Part shown: positions 49,701-62,894 of the stretch, piece by piece | Position numbering within the stretch: the first letter of the stretch is position 1 | Layout: each line of letters begins with the position of its first letter | Source of the DNA: Amphiscolops sp. MND2022 | Taxonomy: Eukaryota | Assembly (NCBI GenBank): GCA_964187785.1 | Contig: OZ076409.1 | Span: 31,498,001-31,562,000, forward strand | Direction: 5' to 3' | DNA length: 64,000 nucleotides | Translations under genes and position numbers: made by a program | Notes under the pieces: generated by a model | Database searches by the model: none | What the model was told of the DNA's origin: nothing | The model's input: only the letters and a program-made list of their open reading frames with translations

Positions 49701-51118
49701 ATGGAAAGTAGTTGAGTATAATTGTAAACAATGTTATGTAAAAATGGTTTTATTTCAGTTTTTGCTACTTGCTACTTTTGCATTTTTAATGTAAAGTATC
49801 TCTTTTCATGAGTGTCATAGCTTCTACTTGTGCGTAATAAGCTGTTTTTGAGATGAAAACTGTTTTTTAAACAGTTGTACGAATGAATTCCATTGTTGTT
49901 TATATGATATATGGAGATTAGTGTTCCAATCAAGAGCTGTTCCAATTAAAGAACATTGTATATATGCCATGCCTCTATTATGCCACTATATTTTATAAGA
50001 TTATTTTGAGGTTGTTCACCTATGGCAAAGGTTAATCTTGCTTCAACTTTTGTAATTATTCTTCTGGGGTGTATGAATGGTCTAAACCGTCAAAAGGTTT
50101 CATAGGTTCTGGTATTGAAGCTGAAGTATTTATCAATTTATCTTGTTGTATTTGTATATACTGAGGTGAAGGAACTACAGGTTGTATCATGTTTACGGGT
50201 GGTGCAAATGTAGTAGGGTTATAAGTTATATGTTGATTCAATTGAAATAGAGGGTCAGTAGGTATATGCGAAAGTGGAGGATTTTGAGATCTTCCTTGAG
50301 AAGGTTGTACAATGTTGGAATAAGATGTTCTTTGATTTTGTAAAGAAAAATTACTTTGTGAGGAATTTGTTTGTAATAAATGTTCGTATGGGTGTTGTGT
50401 CCTTAGATTATTATTAGGTTGAGAAATATTTTGAGTATTGTTTGTTTGAATATTTGTATTAGATGGTGGAAAAAAGGAATAATTAAATGGACCATAGTGT
50501 TGACTAAATATTTTCTAGGAAATAAGGATATCATTTTAGTTTGAGATATTGTTTGGTCGTTCAATGTTATATCTTTGAAATAGTGATATAGGAAATTTTG
50601 TATTCTTAGTATATCTGCTTGTAACCAATGATGAGGATTATTTTGAGTTGTAATTATTCTTTCTATATCTTCTACTTCGAAATTGTGTATATATCGTTCA
50701 AGTTTTTCAAGTGCAATTGGGCTAAATTTTGGGTTTTTAAGTGCTAAGTTGTATCCTCTTACTCTATTTAGAAAAGCATAGAAAACTTCTTTAATAGGAA
50801 TTTGAAGAGTAATTGGATTTTTTGTTCTTCTATATGTTTGAATAAAGAGGTTTCTTGTTGCGGAAAAGTAATTTGGAAAGATGGATATTCCGTAGAGGCG
50901 GTTGTAGATCTATGTCTGGTATAGCAGAGGTATGTATCCAGATGTTCTCTAATAAAAGGAGTTGTTTCAAGGCTGTAGGGTTCATTTCAATGGAAAGTGG
51001 TTAAGTATAATTGTAAACAATGTTATGTAAAAATGGTTTTATTTCAGTTTTTGCTACTTTTGCATTTATAATGTAAAGTATCTCTAATGGTGAAGGGGAA
51101 GATATTGAGGAGTTCATG
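46772..51118 (-). pseudogene. gag: gag-like region with long N-terminal extension, capsid-like core, CCHC knuckle and RS-rich tail; partly duplicated
   Basis: PFDGLDHSYTPEEYL...AYIQCSL.GTALDW; CSFCHKNNHGISNC; SRSP/SRSRY repeats. 49803-51084 duplicates 47753-49802. Confidence 0.8.
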
Positions 51119-53039
51119 TTAGAGATTACATCTTATTGTTGTAAGTATATTTTCCAACAGGATGCAAAATTAGAATAAAACAGAAAATGTATAAGTGGTG
51201 ATAAGTATTCTTATGGTATCTTTTTCCCACATTATAGATTGTCTAGATTCAATGTTGAGAGTTTGTTATAATTATAACATTAGTTGCAACAGTGATTGGT
51301 TCTATTGTGTATATGGTAGTGGTCAAAAGGATTTATTAGTATAATCTATTTCGTTAATATGTATGAAGTTATGTTTTTGTTAGAAGTTTTAAGTTGATGA
51401 TCTTGGGTAATTTCGTTTTTGGTCTAAAAGATAGAAAAAGAATTGTGCGTATTGTTGACTTAAACTTTCGAAGTCTGTAGTTGAAGGATTATAGTTTGTA
51501 CTGAGTTGTTGTAAAACTAAATGTGTAGGAACAGGTAGTGAAGGAGTAGAGAGAGGTGAATTGTCGGATGTTTGGTTATGTGTGTTTGAGTTCATATAAT
51601 TTTATAATATGAAATAAATATGAAATTGTTTGAAGTGTTGGTATTGTTAGGGATAAAGAAGAAAGAAGCGGACGCAAAAGAATCTGTATTCAAACTCAAA
51701 AGATTGCTATCAGAATCCCAGTTGTGTTTTAAGTATGGATTAAATCAAAGTGTCCGACATAAGGCCACTGACACATCCAGAAAGAGTTGTATTTTAGAGC
51801 TGGACTTCAGTTAAGGTGTCTAACGTAAGGTTACTGATACGTCCAAAAAAGCTAAGATAATTTTAATTTTAAATGGGTTGTGTGTTTTAAGACTAAGGGA
51901 GCGGAACTCTGAAACGGAACAAAGTCGGATCAATACTGATCAAGATCAAAGTTTGATCTTTTGTGTGTTTTACTTTTACTTTTACTTTCTGAGACTTTTG
52001 AAGATTCGAACGTAGTTCGGTGTCCTCTAGATTCTCCTTAATGACGTTTAAACTTAACTAAGGTGTTTAGTCAGCCTTAGAATCAGACTACGCAAGTTAT
52101 ATCTAGGTAGAGTCTGATTGTCTACGTCTTGCAGGAGGGAATAGGAATTGTGGGTGCCTGAAAGTTAAAAACTACCTTTACAGTGTGTTTTTTATTTGCA
52201 TGTCCTATTTTGAATTTTAGGGCAAAAGAGTTGTGTTGAGACTTCATGTGTGGCTTTGCTAAAATAAAATGTTTTGTGAGGATAGGTTAAAATTATTGAT
52301 TAGATTGGGAATTTTGTCGTCAGAAGAATGATAGCGAGAGACTTGGTTGCTTTTTATGGATTTCTGATTCTCATTCAGAAGGTAAATTTTAAAGTTTTTT
52401 AAATAGAAAGTGGATCCAAAACGAAAGAATAGAAACTCCAGGTTTTCTGCCAACACGAAGTTGATCTTGAAACGTATGTGCTTATAGGTGAGATGAGTTT
52501 AGCGTGCACTCAGTCAACTATTACACCAGGAGTCCACCTGACGTTCAAGATAGCAGGATTGAAGAATTTATTGCCGTGTCAAAGGTGTTAGAAAACCTTG
52601 ACAAAACTGTTTCAACAAGCGTCCGGATAGCTGTGATAAATCAGTATGGAGAACAGAACTGTGTCACTGCGGATAAATCAGTCTGGAAAGAAGAGCAGAA
52701 CTGTGTCACTATGGATGAATCAGTCTGAAAATGTACCGTGTCAACGTGTAAGAACAGTGATAAACCGGCAAGGCAAGAAGAACAAAAGAAGAACCGTGTC
52801 AACGTTTATAGAAAAACGTGATGAACCGGAATTAGAGAAAATTTTGTTATATTTCAGATGGAGAATTTTTTTGTCTAACAGTGATGTATTTATTGAAGAA
52901 ATTCAAAACGTCACAGACTAGATTTTTTAAGAAATCTAGAAAAGTTTTACTGCAATCCAAAAGAATTTCAAAGAGAAGGAGTGGTAGGTGTTGTATTGAT
53001 GAGAGAAGAGTAAGCATGCAGCGGAGAAAAGAAAGAATT

Positions 53040-53055
53040 TTACAAGTCGCACCAA
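53040..53055 (-). promoter_or_regulatory. Primer-binding site of element 2
   Basis: TGGTGCGACTTGTAA begins 3 nt inside of the 5' LTR; the cognate tRNA was not identified. Confidence 0.7.
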
Positions 53056-53057
53056 AT

Positions 53058-53332
53058 TGTGCTGCTTTAAAGAGTCTTTTGTTTTTGGTGGTGGTCTTTT
53101 CTCTAGATGTTACAGAGCTAAGTTATCAGAAGGATGCTAGCTAGCTGGCTGACTCTATTAAAGCTTGGAGGTCTGAGAAGAGGAATGAAAAGGAAGTCGA
53201 CTAAACTCGGATTATTGGTTTTCTCTCTCTGAAGGAGTAGAGTTTTACAGTCATTCAATATTAAATAATTGTACATTCTAGAACATTCTATAAACATCTA
53301 AATACTATTGGTTATCAATGTAGGTCAGTACA
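53058..53332 (-). repeat. 5' LTR of element 2
   Basis: ~96% identical to 34272-34546. Confidence 0.95.
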
Positions 53333-56300
53333 GTGTGCACGCTCGGGAGCGCTTTCATTACGTTAAAATTGTTGGTTTATAAAAAGACGGTTTCAGCGCG
53401 AAACAACGCGGTTTCGCGCATCTACCGTTGTTTCAGCTAAACAACGCGTTTAAGTGCGGAAAATTTTTTGTTTCTGAGCTTACGTGGCTAATTTTGCATA
53501 GTATACCGTGTTTTCTTAAGTGCTAGCGCTTTAATTGTGTAGAAACCGTTAGCAAAAAAAAACGCATTCCCACTGCGAATTACCAAGTTTTAGCGCATCT
53601 ATCACTGTTTCAGCTCAAAAACGTATTTAAACTCGGGAAATGATTTGTTTTAGCGGTAAACAACCTAAATTTGCATAGTTTGACGCGTTTGCACGCGCGG
53701 CAGCGTATTCATTGCGTTAAAACCGTTGGTTTACAAAAAAGCGTTTTCATCGCGAAACAGCGCGGCTTCGCGCATCTTACGTTGTTTAAGCTAAATAATG
53801 CGTTTAAGTGCGGCAATTTTCTTGGTTTTATATGAACACTTTTGCATAGTTTAGCGTGTTTCCACGAAAAACAGCGCTTTAATTGCGTGGAAATCGTTAG
53901 GTTGCAAAAAGGCGTATTTAGCGCGAAATAACGCCTTTCACCGCATCTAAAGTTGATTTAGCTGAAAGACCTGAGTAGAACCTGAGTTTGCGTTGTTCAA
54001 CGCGTTTGCACGCGTGGCAGCGCTTTCATTGCGTTAAAACTTTAAGTTTGCAAAAGCACGTTTTTGGCACGAAAATGCCTTTTACCGCATCTAACGTTGT
54101 TTTAGCTGAAAGACGCCTTTAATTGTGGAGATTCGCTTTTTTGAGTAAAAAATCCGAGTTTGCAATGTTCAACCTGGCAGTGGTGTGATTGCGGGAAAAA
54201 TGCGTTTTAGCGCATCTAAAGTTGTTTAAGCTGAAAAACGCGGTTAAAGGCGAGGAATCGCTGGTTTTCGCGGTAGACAACGTAAATCTGCTTTGTTTGA
54301 CGCGTTTGCAAGAGCGGTAGCGCATTCATTGCGGTAAAAATGTTAGTTTGCAAAAAACGCATTTTTAGCGTGAAATAACGCCTTCTAGTGCATCTAACGT
54401 TGTTTCAGCTGAAAGAAGCATTCAAATGTAGGGAGACGCTTTTTTGAGTGGAAAAACCTGAGTATGCTTTGTTCAACGCATTTGCAGCCGTGGCAGCGCT
54501 TTCTTCGCGCGCAAAAAACGCGTTGTAGCCCATCTAACAAAATTTCAGCTGGAAAACGCGTTTGAACGCTGTAAACGCGGGAAATTGCTTGTTTTCGCGG
54601 TAGACAACGTAAATTTGCCTAGTTTGACGCGTTTGCAAGCGCGGCAGCGCTTCCATTGCGTTTGCAAAAATCTCGTTTGCAAAAATCTCGAAATAACGCG
54701 TTTCAGCGCATTAAACGTTGTATTAGCTGAAAGACGCTTTTAAATGAGGGAAGTGGTTTTTTTTCAGAAAAAAACCTCACGTTGCATTGTTCAACGAACT
54801 TAAAGACGTGGCAGCACTTTCCTTGCGCGCATAAAACGCGTTGTAGCGCATCTAACAATGTTTCAGCTAGGAAACGCGTTTAAAAGTTTTAAATGCGGTA
54901 ACTTGCTTGTTTCCGCGGAAAATAGCCTAAATCTGCTTAGTTTGACGCGTTTGCATGCGCGGCAGCGCATTCATTGCGGTAAAAATGTGAGTTTGCAAAA
55001 AACGCATTTTTAGCGTGAAATAACGCCTTCTGGCGTATCTAACGTTGTTTTAGCTGAAAGATGCCTTCAAATGTAGGGAGTCGGTTTTTTTGTGTAAAAA
55101 ACCTGAGTATGCATTGTTCAAGGCATTTGCAGCCGTGGCAGCGCTTTCATTGCGCGCAAAAAACGCGTTGTAGCCCATCTAACAATATTTTAGCTAGAAA
55201 ACGCGTTTAAACGCTTTAAACGCGGGAAAATGCTTGTTTTTGCGGTAAACAACCTAAATTTGGCTAGTTTGACTCGTTTGCACGCGCGGCAGCGCTTCCA
55301 TTGCTTTAGAAATGTTAGTTTGCGAAAAACGCGTTTTAAGCGCGACATAACGCTTGTTATCGCATCTTGCGTTGTTTCAGCTGAAAGACGCTTTTAAATA
55401 AGATGAGTCGCTTCTTTGAGTAAAAGAACCTGAGTTTGCCTTGTTCAACGCGTTTGCACTTGTGGCAGCGCTTTCATTGCACAAAAAAACGCGTTTTAGC
55501 GCAACTAATAATGTTTCAGTTGGAAAACGCTTTAAACGCGGGAAAGTGCTTGCTTCCGCGGTAAATAGCCTAAATTCGCCTAGTTTGACTCGTTTGCACG
55601 CGTGGCAGCGCTTCCATTGCGGTAAAAGTGTTAGTTTGCAAAAAAAGCATTTTTAGTGCAAAATAACGCTTGTTAGCGCATCTAACGTTGTTTTAGCTGA
55701 AAAACGCTTTTAAATGAGTGTTTTTTTGAGTGAGAAAACCTGAGTTTGCATTGTTCAACGCATTTGCAGCCGTGGCAGCACTTTCATCGCGCGCAAAAAA
55801 CGCGTTGTAGCTCATCTAACAATGTTTTAGCTAGAAAACGCATTTAAACGCTGTAAACGCGTGAAATTGCTTGTTTTCGCGGTAAACAACCTGAATTTGC
55901 CTAGTTTGACGCGTTTGCACGCGCGGCAGCTCTTCCATTGTGTTGAAAATGTTAGTTTGCGAAAAACGCGTTTTCAGCGCGAAATAACGCTTGTTATCGC
56001 ATCTTGCGTTGATTTAGCTGAAAAAGGCCTTTTAACGAGGGGAGTCGTTTTTTTGAGTAAAAAACCTAAGTTTGCATTCTTCAACGCTTTTGCAGCCGTT
56101 GCAGCGCTTTCATTGCGCGCAAAAAACGCGTTGTAGCGCATCTAACAAGGTTTCAGCTGAAAAACGCGTTTGAACGCTTTAAACGCGGGAAATTGCTTGT
56201 TTTCGCGGTAAACAACCTAAATTTGCCTAGTTTGTCGGGTTTGCACGAGCGGCAGCGCTTCCATTGCGTTAAAAGTGTTAGTTTGCAAAAAACGCGTTGT

Positions 56301-59300
56301 TAGCGCGAAATAACGCTTGTTAGCGCATCTAACATTGTTTTGGCTAAAAAACGCCTCTAAATGAGGGGAGTCGCTTTTTTTGAGTAAAAAACCTGAGTAT
56401 ACCTTGTTCAACGCATTTGAAACCGTGACAGTGCTTTTATTGCGCGCAAAAAACGCTTTGCAGCGCATCTAACAATGTTTCAGCTGAAAAACGCGTTTAA
56501 ACGCGGGAAATTGGTTGTTTTTGCGGTGAACAACCTATTTCTGCTTAGTTTGACGCATTTGCACGCGCGGCAGCGCATTCATTGCGGTAAAAAAGTTAGT
56601 TTGCAAAAAACACAATTTTAGCGTGAAATAACGCCTTGTAGCGCATCTAACGTTGTTTTAGCTGAAAGACGCCTTCAAATATAGGGAGTCGCTCATTTTG
56701 TGTAAAAAAACCTGAGTATGCATTGTTCAACGAAATTGCAGCTGTGGCCCTGCTTCCATCGCGCGCAAAAAACGCGTTGTAGCGCATTTAACAATGTTTC
56801 AGCTAGAAAACTCGTTTAAATGTTTTAAATGCGGGAACTTGCTTGTTTCCGCGGTAAATAGCTTAAATTGCCTAGTTTGACGCTTTTGCACGCACGGCAC
56901 TGCGTCCATTGTGTTAAAAATGATAGTTTGCAAAAAACGCGTTTTTAGCGCGAAATAACGCTTGTTAGCGCATCTAACGTTGTTTCAGCTGAAAAACGCT
57001 TTTATATGAGGGGAGTTTTTTTGAGTGAGAAAACCTGAGTTTGCAATGTTCAACGCATTTGTAGCCGTGGCAGCGCTTTCATCGCGCGCAAAAAACGCGT
57101 TGTAGCGCATCTAACAAGGTTTCAGCTGAAAAACGCGTTTGAACGCTTTAAACGCGGGAAATTGCTTGTTTTCGCGGTAAACAACCTGAATTTGCCTAGT
57201 TTGACGCGTTTGCACGCGCGGCAGCTCTTCCATTGTGTTGAAAATGTTAGTTTGCGAAAAACGCGTTTTCAGCGCGAAATAACGCTTGTTATCGCATCTT
57301 GCGTTGATTTAGCTGAAAAAGGCCTTTTAACGAGGGGAGTCGTTTTTTTGAGTAAAAAACCTAAGTTTGCATTCTTCAACGCTTTTGCAGCCGTTGCAGC
57401 GCTTTCATTGCGCGCAAAAAACGCGTTGTAGCGCATCTAACAAGGTTTCAGCTGAAAAACGCGTTTGAACGCTTTAAACGCGGGAAATTGCTTGTTTTCG
57501 CGGTAAACAACCTAAATTTGCCTAGTTTGTCGGGTTTGCACGAGCGGCAGCGCTTCCATTGCGTTAAAAGTGTTAGTTTGCAAAAAACGCGTTGTTAGCG
57601 CGAAATAACGCTTGTTAGCGCATCTAACATTGTTTTGGCTAAAAAACGCCTCTAAATGAGGGGAGTCGCTTTTTTTGAGTAAAAAACCTGAGTATACCTT
57701 GTTCAACGCATTTGAAACCGTGACAGTGCTTTTATTGCGCGCAAAAAACGCTTTGCAGCGCATCTAACAATGTTTCAGCTGAAAAACGCGTTTAAACGCG
57801 GGAAATTGGTTGTTTTTGCGGTGAACAACCTATTTCTGCTTAGTTTGACGCATTTGCACGCGCGGCAGCGCATTCATTGCGGTAAAAAAGTTAGTTTGCA
57901 AAAAACACAATTTTAGCGTGAAATAACGCCTTGTAGCGCATCTAACGTTGTTTTAGCTGAAAGACGCCTTCAAATATAGGGAGTCGCTCATTTTGTGTAA
58001 AAAAACCTGAGTATGCATTGTTCAACGAAATTGCAGCTGTGGCCCTGCTTCCATCGCGCGCAAAAAACGCGTTGTAGCGCATTTAACAATGTTTCAGCTA
58101 GAAAACTCGTTTAAATGTTTTAAATGCGGGAACTTGCTTGTTTCCGCGGTAAATAGCTTAAATTGCCTAGTTTGACGCTTTTGCACGCACGGCACTGCGT
58201 CCATTGTGTTAAAAATGATAGTTTGCAAAAAACGCGTTTTTAGCGCGAAATAACGCTTGTTAGCGCATCTAACGTTGTTTCAGCTGAAAAACGCTTTTAT
58301 ATGAGGGGAGTTTTTTTGAGTGAGAAAACCTGAGTTTGCAATGTTCAACGCATTTGTAGCCGTGGCAGCGCTTTCATCGCGCGCAAAAAACGCGTTGTAG
58401 CCCATCTAACAATGTTTTAGCTAAAAAACGCGTTCAAACGCTTTAAACGCGGGAAATTGCTTGTTTTCGCGGTAAACAACCTGAATTTGCCTAGTTTGAC
58501 AGGTTTGCACGCGCGGCAGCTCTTCCATTGTGTTAAAAATGTTAGTTTGCGAAAAACGCGTTTGTAGCGCGAAATAACGCTCGTTATCGCATCTTGCGTT
58601 GATTTAGCTGAAAAACGCCTTTTAACGAGGGGAGTCGTTTTTTGAGTAAAAAACCTAAGTTTGCATTCTTCAACGCTTTTGCAGCCGTTGCAGCGCTTTC
58701 ATTGCGCGCAAAAAACGCGTTGTAGCCCATCTAACAAAATTTTAGCTAGAAAACGCGTTTAAACGCTTTAAACGCGGGAAAATGCTTCTCTTTGCGGTAA
58801 ACAACCCAAATTTGCCTAGTTCGACTCGTTGGCACGCGCGGTAGCGCTTCCATTGCGTTAAAAGTGTTAGTTTGCAAAAAACGGGTTTTTAGCGCGAAAT
58901 AACGCTTGTTAGCGCATCTAACGTTGTTTTAGCTGAGAAACGCTTTTAAATGAAGGGAGTTTTTTTGGAGTGAGAAAAACTGAGTTTGCATTGTTCAACG
59001 CATTTGCAGCCGTGGCAGCGCTTTCTTTCTGCGAAAAAAACGCGTTGTGATTCTTTCAGACCATCTGATAACGTTTCAGCTGGAAAACGCTTTAAAAGCG
59101 GGAAATTGGTTGTTTTTGTGGTGAACAACCTAAATTTGCCTAGTTTGTCGGGTTTGCACGCGCGGCAGCGCTTCCATTGCGTTAAAAGTGTTAGTTTGCA
59201 AAAAACGCGTTGTTAGCGCGAAATAACGCTTGTTAGCGCATCTAACATTGTTTTGGCTAAAAAACGCCTCTAAATGAGGGGAGTCGCTTTTTTTGAGTAA

Positions 59301-60751
59301 AAAACCTGAGTATACCTTGTTCAACGCATTTGAAACCGTGACAGTGCTTTTATCGCGCGCAAAAAACGCTTTGCAGCGCATCTAACAATGTTTCAGCTAG
59401 AAAACTCGTTCAAATAATTTAAATGCGGGAACTTGCTTGTTTCCGCGGTAAATAGCCTAAATTGCCTAGTTTGACGCTTTTGCACGCGCAGCACTGCTTC
59501 TATTGTGTTAAAAATGATAGTTTGCAAAAAACGCGTTTTTAGCGCGAAATAACGCTTGTTAGCGCATCTAACGTTGTTTTAGCTGAAAAACGCTTTTATA
59601 TGAGGGGAGTTTTTTTGAGTGAGAAAACCTGAGTTTACATTGTTCAATGCATTTGCAGCCGTTGCAGCGCTTTCATTGCGCGCAAAAAGCGCGTTGTAGC
59701 CCATCTAACAATGTTTTAGCTAGAAAACGCGTTCAAACGCTTTAAACGCGGGAAATTGCTTGTTTTCGCGGTAAAAAACCTAAATTTGCCTAGTTTGACG
59801 CGTTTGCACGCCCGGTGGCGCTTCCATTGCGTTTAAAACGTTAGTTTGCAAAAACGCGTGTATAGCGCATCTAACGTTGTCTTAGCTGAAAGACGCCTTC
59901 AAATGTAAGGAGTCGCTTTTTTGTCTAAAAAAACCTGAGTATACATTTTTCAACGCATTTTTCAACGTGGCAGCGCTTTCATCCCGCGCAAAAAACGCGT
60001 TGTTGCCCATTTAACAATGTTTTAGCTAGAAAACGTGTTTACACGCTTTAAACGCGGGAAAATGCTTGTTTTCGCGGTAAACAACCTAAATTTGCCTTGT
60101 TCGACGCGTTTGCACGCGCGGCAGCGCTTCCATTGCGTTAGAAAAGTTAGTTTGCGAAAAACGAGTTTTTAGCGCGACATAACGCTTGTTATCGCATCTT
60201 GCGTTGTTTCAGCTGAAAGACGCTTTTATATAAGTTGAGTCGCTTCTTTGAGTAAAAGAACCTGAGTTTGCATTGTTCAACGCGTTTGCACGCGTGGCGG
60301 CGCTTTCATTACACAAACAAACGCGTTTTAGCGCATCTAATAATGTTTCAGCTGGAAAACCCTTTAAACGCGGGAAATTGCTTGTTTTCGCGGTAAACAA
60401 CCTAAATTTGCCTAGTTTGACACGTTTGCACGGCAGGTGGCGCTTCCATTGCGTTTAAAACGTTAGTTTGCAAAAACGCGTGTATAGCGCACCTAACGTT
60501 GTCTTAGCTGAACGACGGCTTCAATTGTAAGGAGTCGCTTTTTTGTCTAAAAAACCTGAGTATACATTTTTCAACGCATTTGCAGGCGTGGCAGCGCTTT
60601 CATCGCGCGCAAAAAACGTGTTGTAGCCCATTTAACAATATTTTAGCTAGAAAACGCGTTTAAACGCGGGAAAATGCTTGTTTTTGCGGTAAACAACCTA
60701 AATTTGGCTAGTTTGACTCGTTTGCATGCGCGGCAGCGCTTCCATTGCGTT
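53333..60751. repeat. CpG-rich satellite array, ~324-bp dimeric unit, with a ~1295-bp higher-order repeat
   Basis: Units recur at ~320-327 bp; identical spurious ORFs at 56217 and 57512 are offset by 1295 bp. Confidence 0.95.
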
Positions 60752-62894
60752 GAAGAGAAGAAGACCATATCGCTAGGCTTTTGGATGCAGTTCACTATGT
60801 GTTCTTGGAACTGCTTCAATTCATCCCGGAGCATACTAGACAGGGAATGAAGCCTTTCTAACGGAAGGACGATGCGTTTTCTGCAGAGGGCCTCCACCTC
60901 GCGTGTACAACACACTATTTTCTCCCCTCTCCAGCTGGCAGACAACGCTTCCTCCCGATTTGGAAAGTGTGTGAAAACGTCTCCATACCCAATCAAAACT
61001 TGTAAGGTGCGAAACGTGCTCAATGGAAAGCCCGCGAATATCCTGGACAACCTCCACATACTGCGCCCCTAAAGGGTTTGGGTAGAGGGCCTAACATCGC
61101 CAGGGAGCTTCTGGAAGACCATCAAAAGCGTTGTCCTTCATCCTTGTACCCTTGAAGGTTGACAGAACCTGCTTCTTACTAAGGAAACAAACTGCGACTC
61201 GCTGCTCCTTTGGTGTAACGAAGCACAGGGTTGCCACGTATAATAATGGAGATATTCTGTTGCCTCAGAAGTCCCTTATGTCCTATCAATCAACCGAATC
61301 AAGGAAAACCTCCTCAATTCCAACTCATTTGTCAGCTTATCCATCCTTATAAAGGCAAAACTTTACTCTTTCTTCATGTAAAATTGTGGTTTATTCTATG
61401 ATTTGTAAAACTTGGTTCAAAACAAATTTTTCAGTACAGAATAGTTCACATTGACTACGCGCAAAATCTTTGTTCTGTTGACCTTTCCAAACCACAATCT
61501 CATTGCTCCCGACCCAATACATATCTTACGGGTAGATGGAAAGTTTGTAGAATACAATTTTTTAGAATTAGGTTTGTAGAAAAGTGATGGTAAGTTATTA
61601 GAATTTTTTCTACAAAACGGTCATCGACCAACATTGACTTTTAGGGCATATTTGTACATTTTTTCAAATCATGTTCGGTTGGTTTTCCAAATGACATAAA
61701 AGTCATAATTTGAAATAGGAAAGAGTTAGTTTTGTTGAAATTGTGCGCTGCACAGCGGCGAACTATTTACGATAACGTAGTCAGATAAGCTCACATACCC
61801 TTAGTGCCCTAAATGCAGGAGCGAAGCGACGTGCCATTTGGCCATGGCTCAATGTTGCTTCTTGGTGAAGGGAGCGAAGCGACGGAGCTCCACAACAAAT
61901 GTATCAACCTCTTTTCCCAAGTTTGCAGAATGTTCAGACTTTCAGGACAAAATTCTACAAACCTACCTACTGATAGTAAGTTTGTAGAATCCTACAAACT
62001 TGCTTACTATAATACGTTTTACGTTGCTTAAATGTTGTATAGACCAAATTGGACAATGTGTTCCGCGAAAGAATACAACATATTTGTTAGCCAATAAGCG
62101 TGCAGTTGCAATATTCCAAATTACATAATCCTGTGTCTTTTGTATTGATTGACTGGTTCATGAATTCTAAATATTATGCTTCATTGTCCAAAACTACCAC
62201 CCATGATGAGAGCTGTGAACTGTCTTGAACTGCACAAACACGCAAAAAGGAATAACCTTTTAGTTTAATAGAGCTTCAAAGCCTTTCACTGTTTTGTCCG
62301 AGTCTCTTCATCAGACAATCATAGTCTTTTTTCCTCATAGTGGTCAGGTGGTCCGCCATTCTAGAACCGAGGGCGAGTCTACTTCAAAAGCTACAAGCAA
62401 GGCAGTCTCGCATCCAACAGAAGGACATCGGCACGAACAATTGGCGGGGCTCAATTATTTTATCTTCAGTATCCCCTCGTATTGTCTACAATTACTTCAC
62501 TGTTTCTGAAAATTCATTGGATTTTCTAAGACAATTGAAGTCAAAATATTTCAGATGTTTTTGTTTTCAATTATTCTCCTGCATCTTGAATCGGCATGAG
62601 TATTGTCTTTTAGCAATTGTTGTAATGGGCTAGTTGGATAGCTTCGGAGATGGCAATAATTTGAATTTGAGACAACTGGACAACATATCTGTCAACGTTT
62701 TGTTGTTCTGTCGCTGCTTTTGGGCTGGAAAAACCATCACAACCCGGTAAAATAATTCCATTTATGTTTCATTTTATCAAATCAAGGTTTTGCTTCATGA
62801 ACGGATTGCTTCACTGTGGTAATTGTTTTTATTGGGGAGATTGACACACGTTCAAAAGGAGTTTTTCTGCAATTGGTTAGGTATCGAGGTTGAG

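Larger units (their letters stand above)
34272..53332 (-). mobile_element. Full-length giant (19,061 bp) Gypsy-like LTR element with env, degenerate
   Basis: 275-bp LTRs at 34272-34546 and 53058-53332 (TG...CA, 11 differences). TSD GTGT (34268-34271, 53333-53336) restores the satellite motif ttgcGTGTgcacg. Order on the minus strand: gag-PR-RT-RH-IN-env. Confidence 0.95.

Noticed and set aside
52504..53144. Plus-strand ORFs in the leader of element 2
   Set aside because: Short, overlapping, partly within the LTR and containing a 36-bp local repeat; no support as a gene.
53333..60751. Repeated 60-90 aa ORFs in the satellite
   Set aside because: Occur on both strands with no conserved frame; artefacts of tandem DNA.
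60752..61260. Coding-like fragment abutting the satellite end (ORF 60643-61059)
   Set aside because: No recognisable motif and the ORF runs into the satellite; cannot be assigned without a search.
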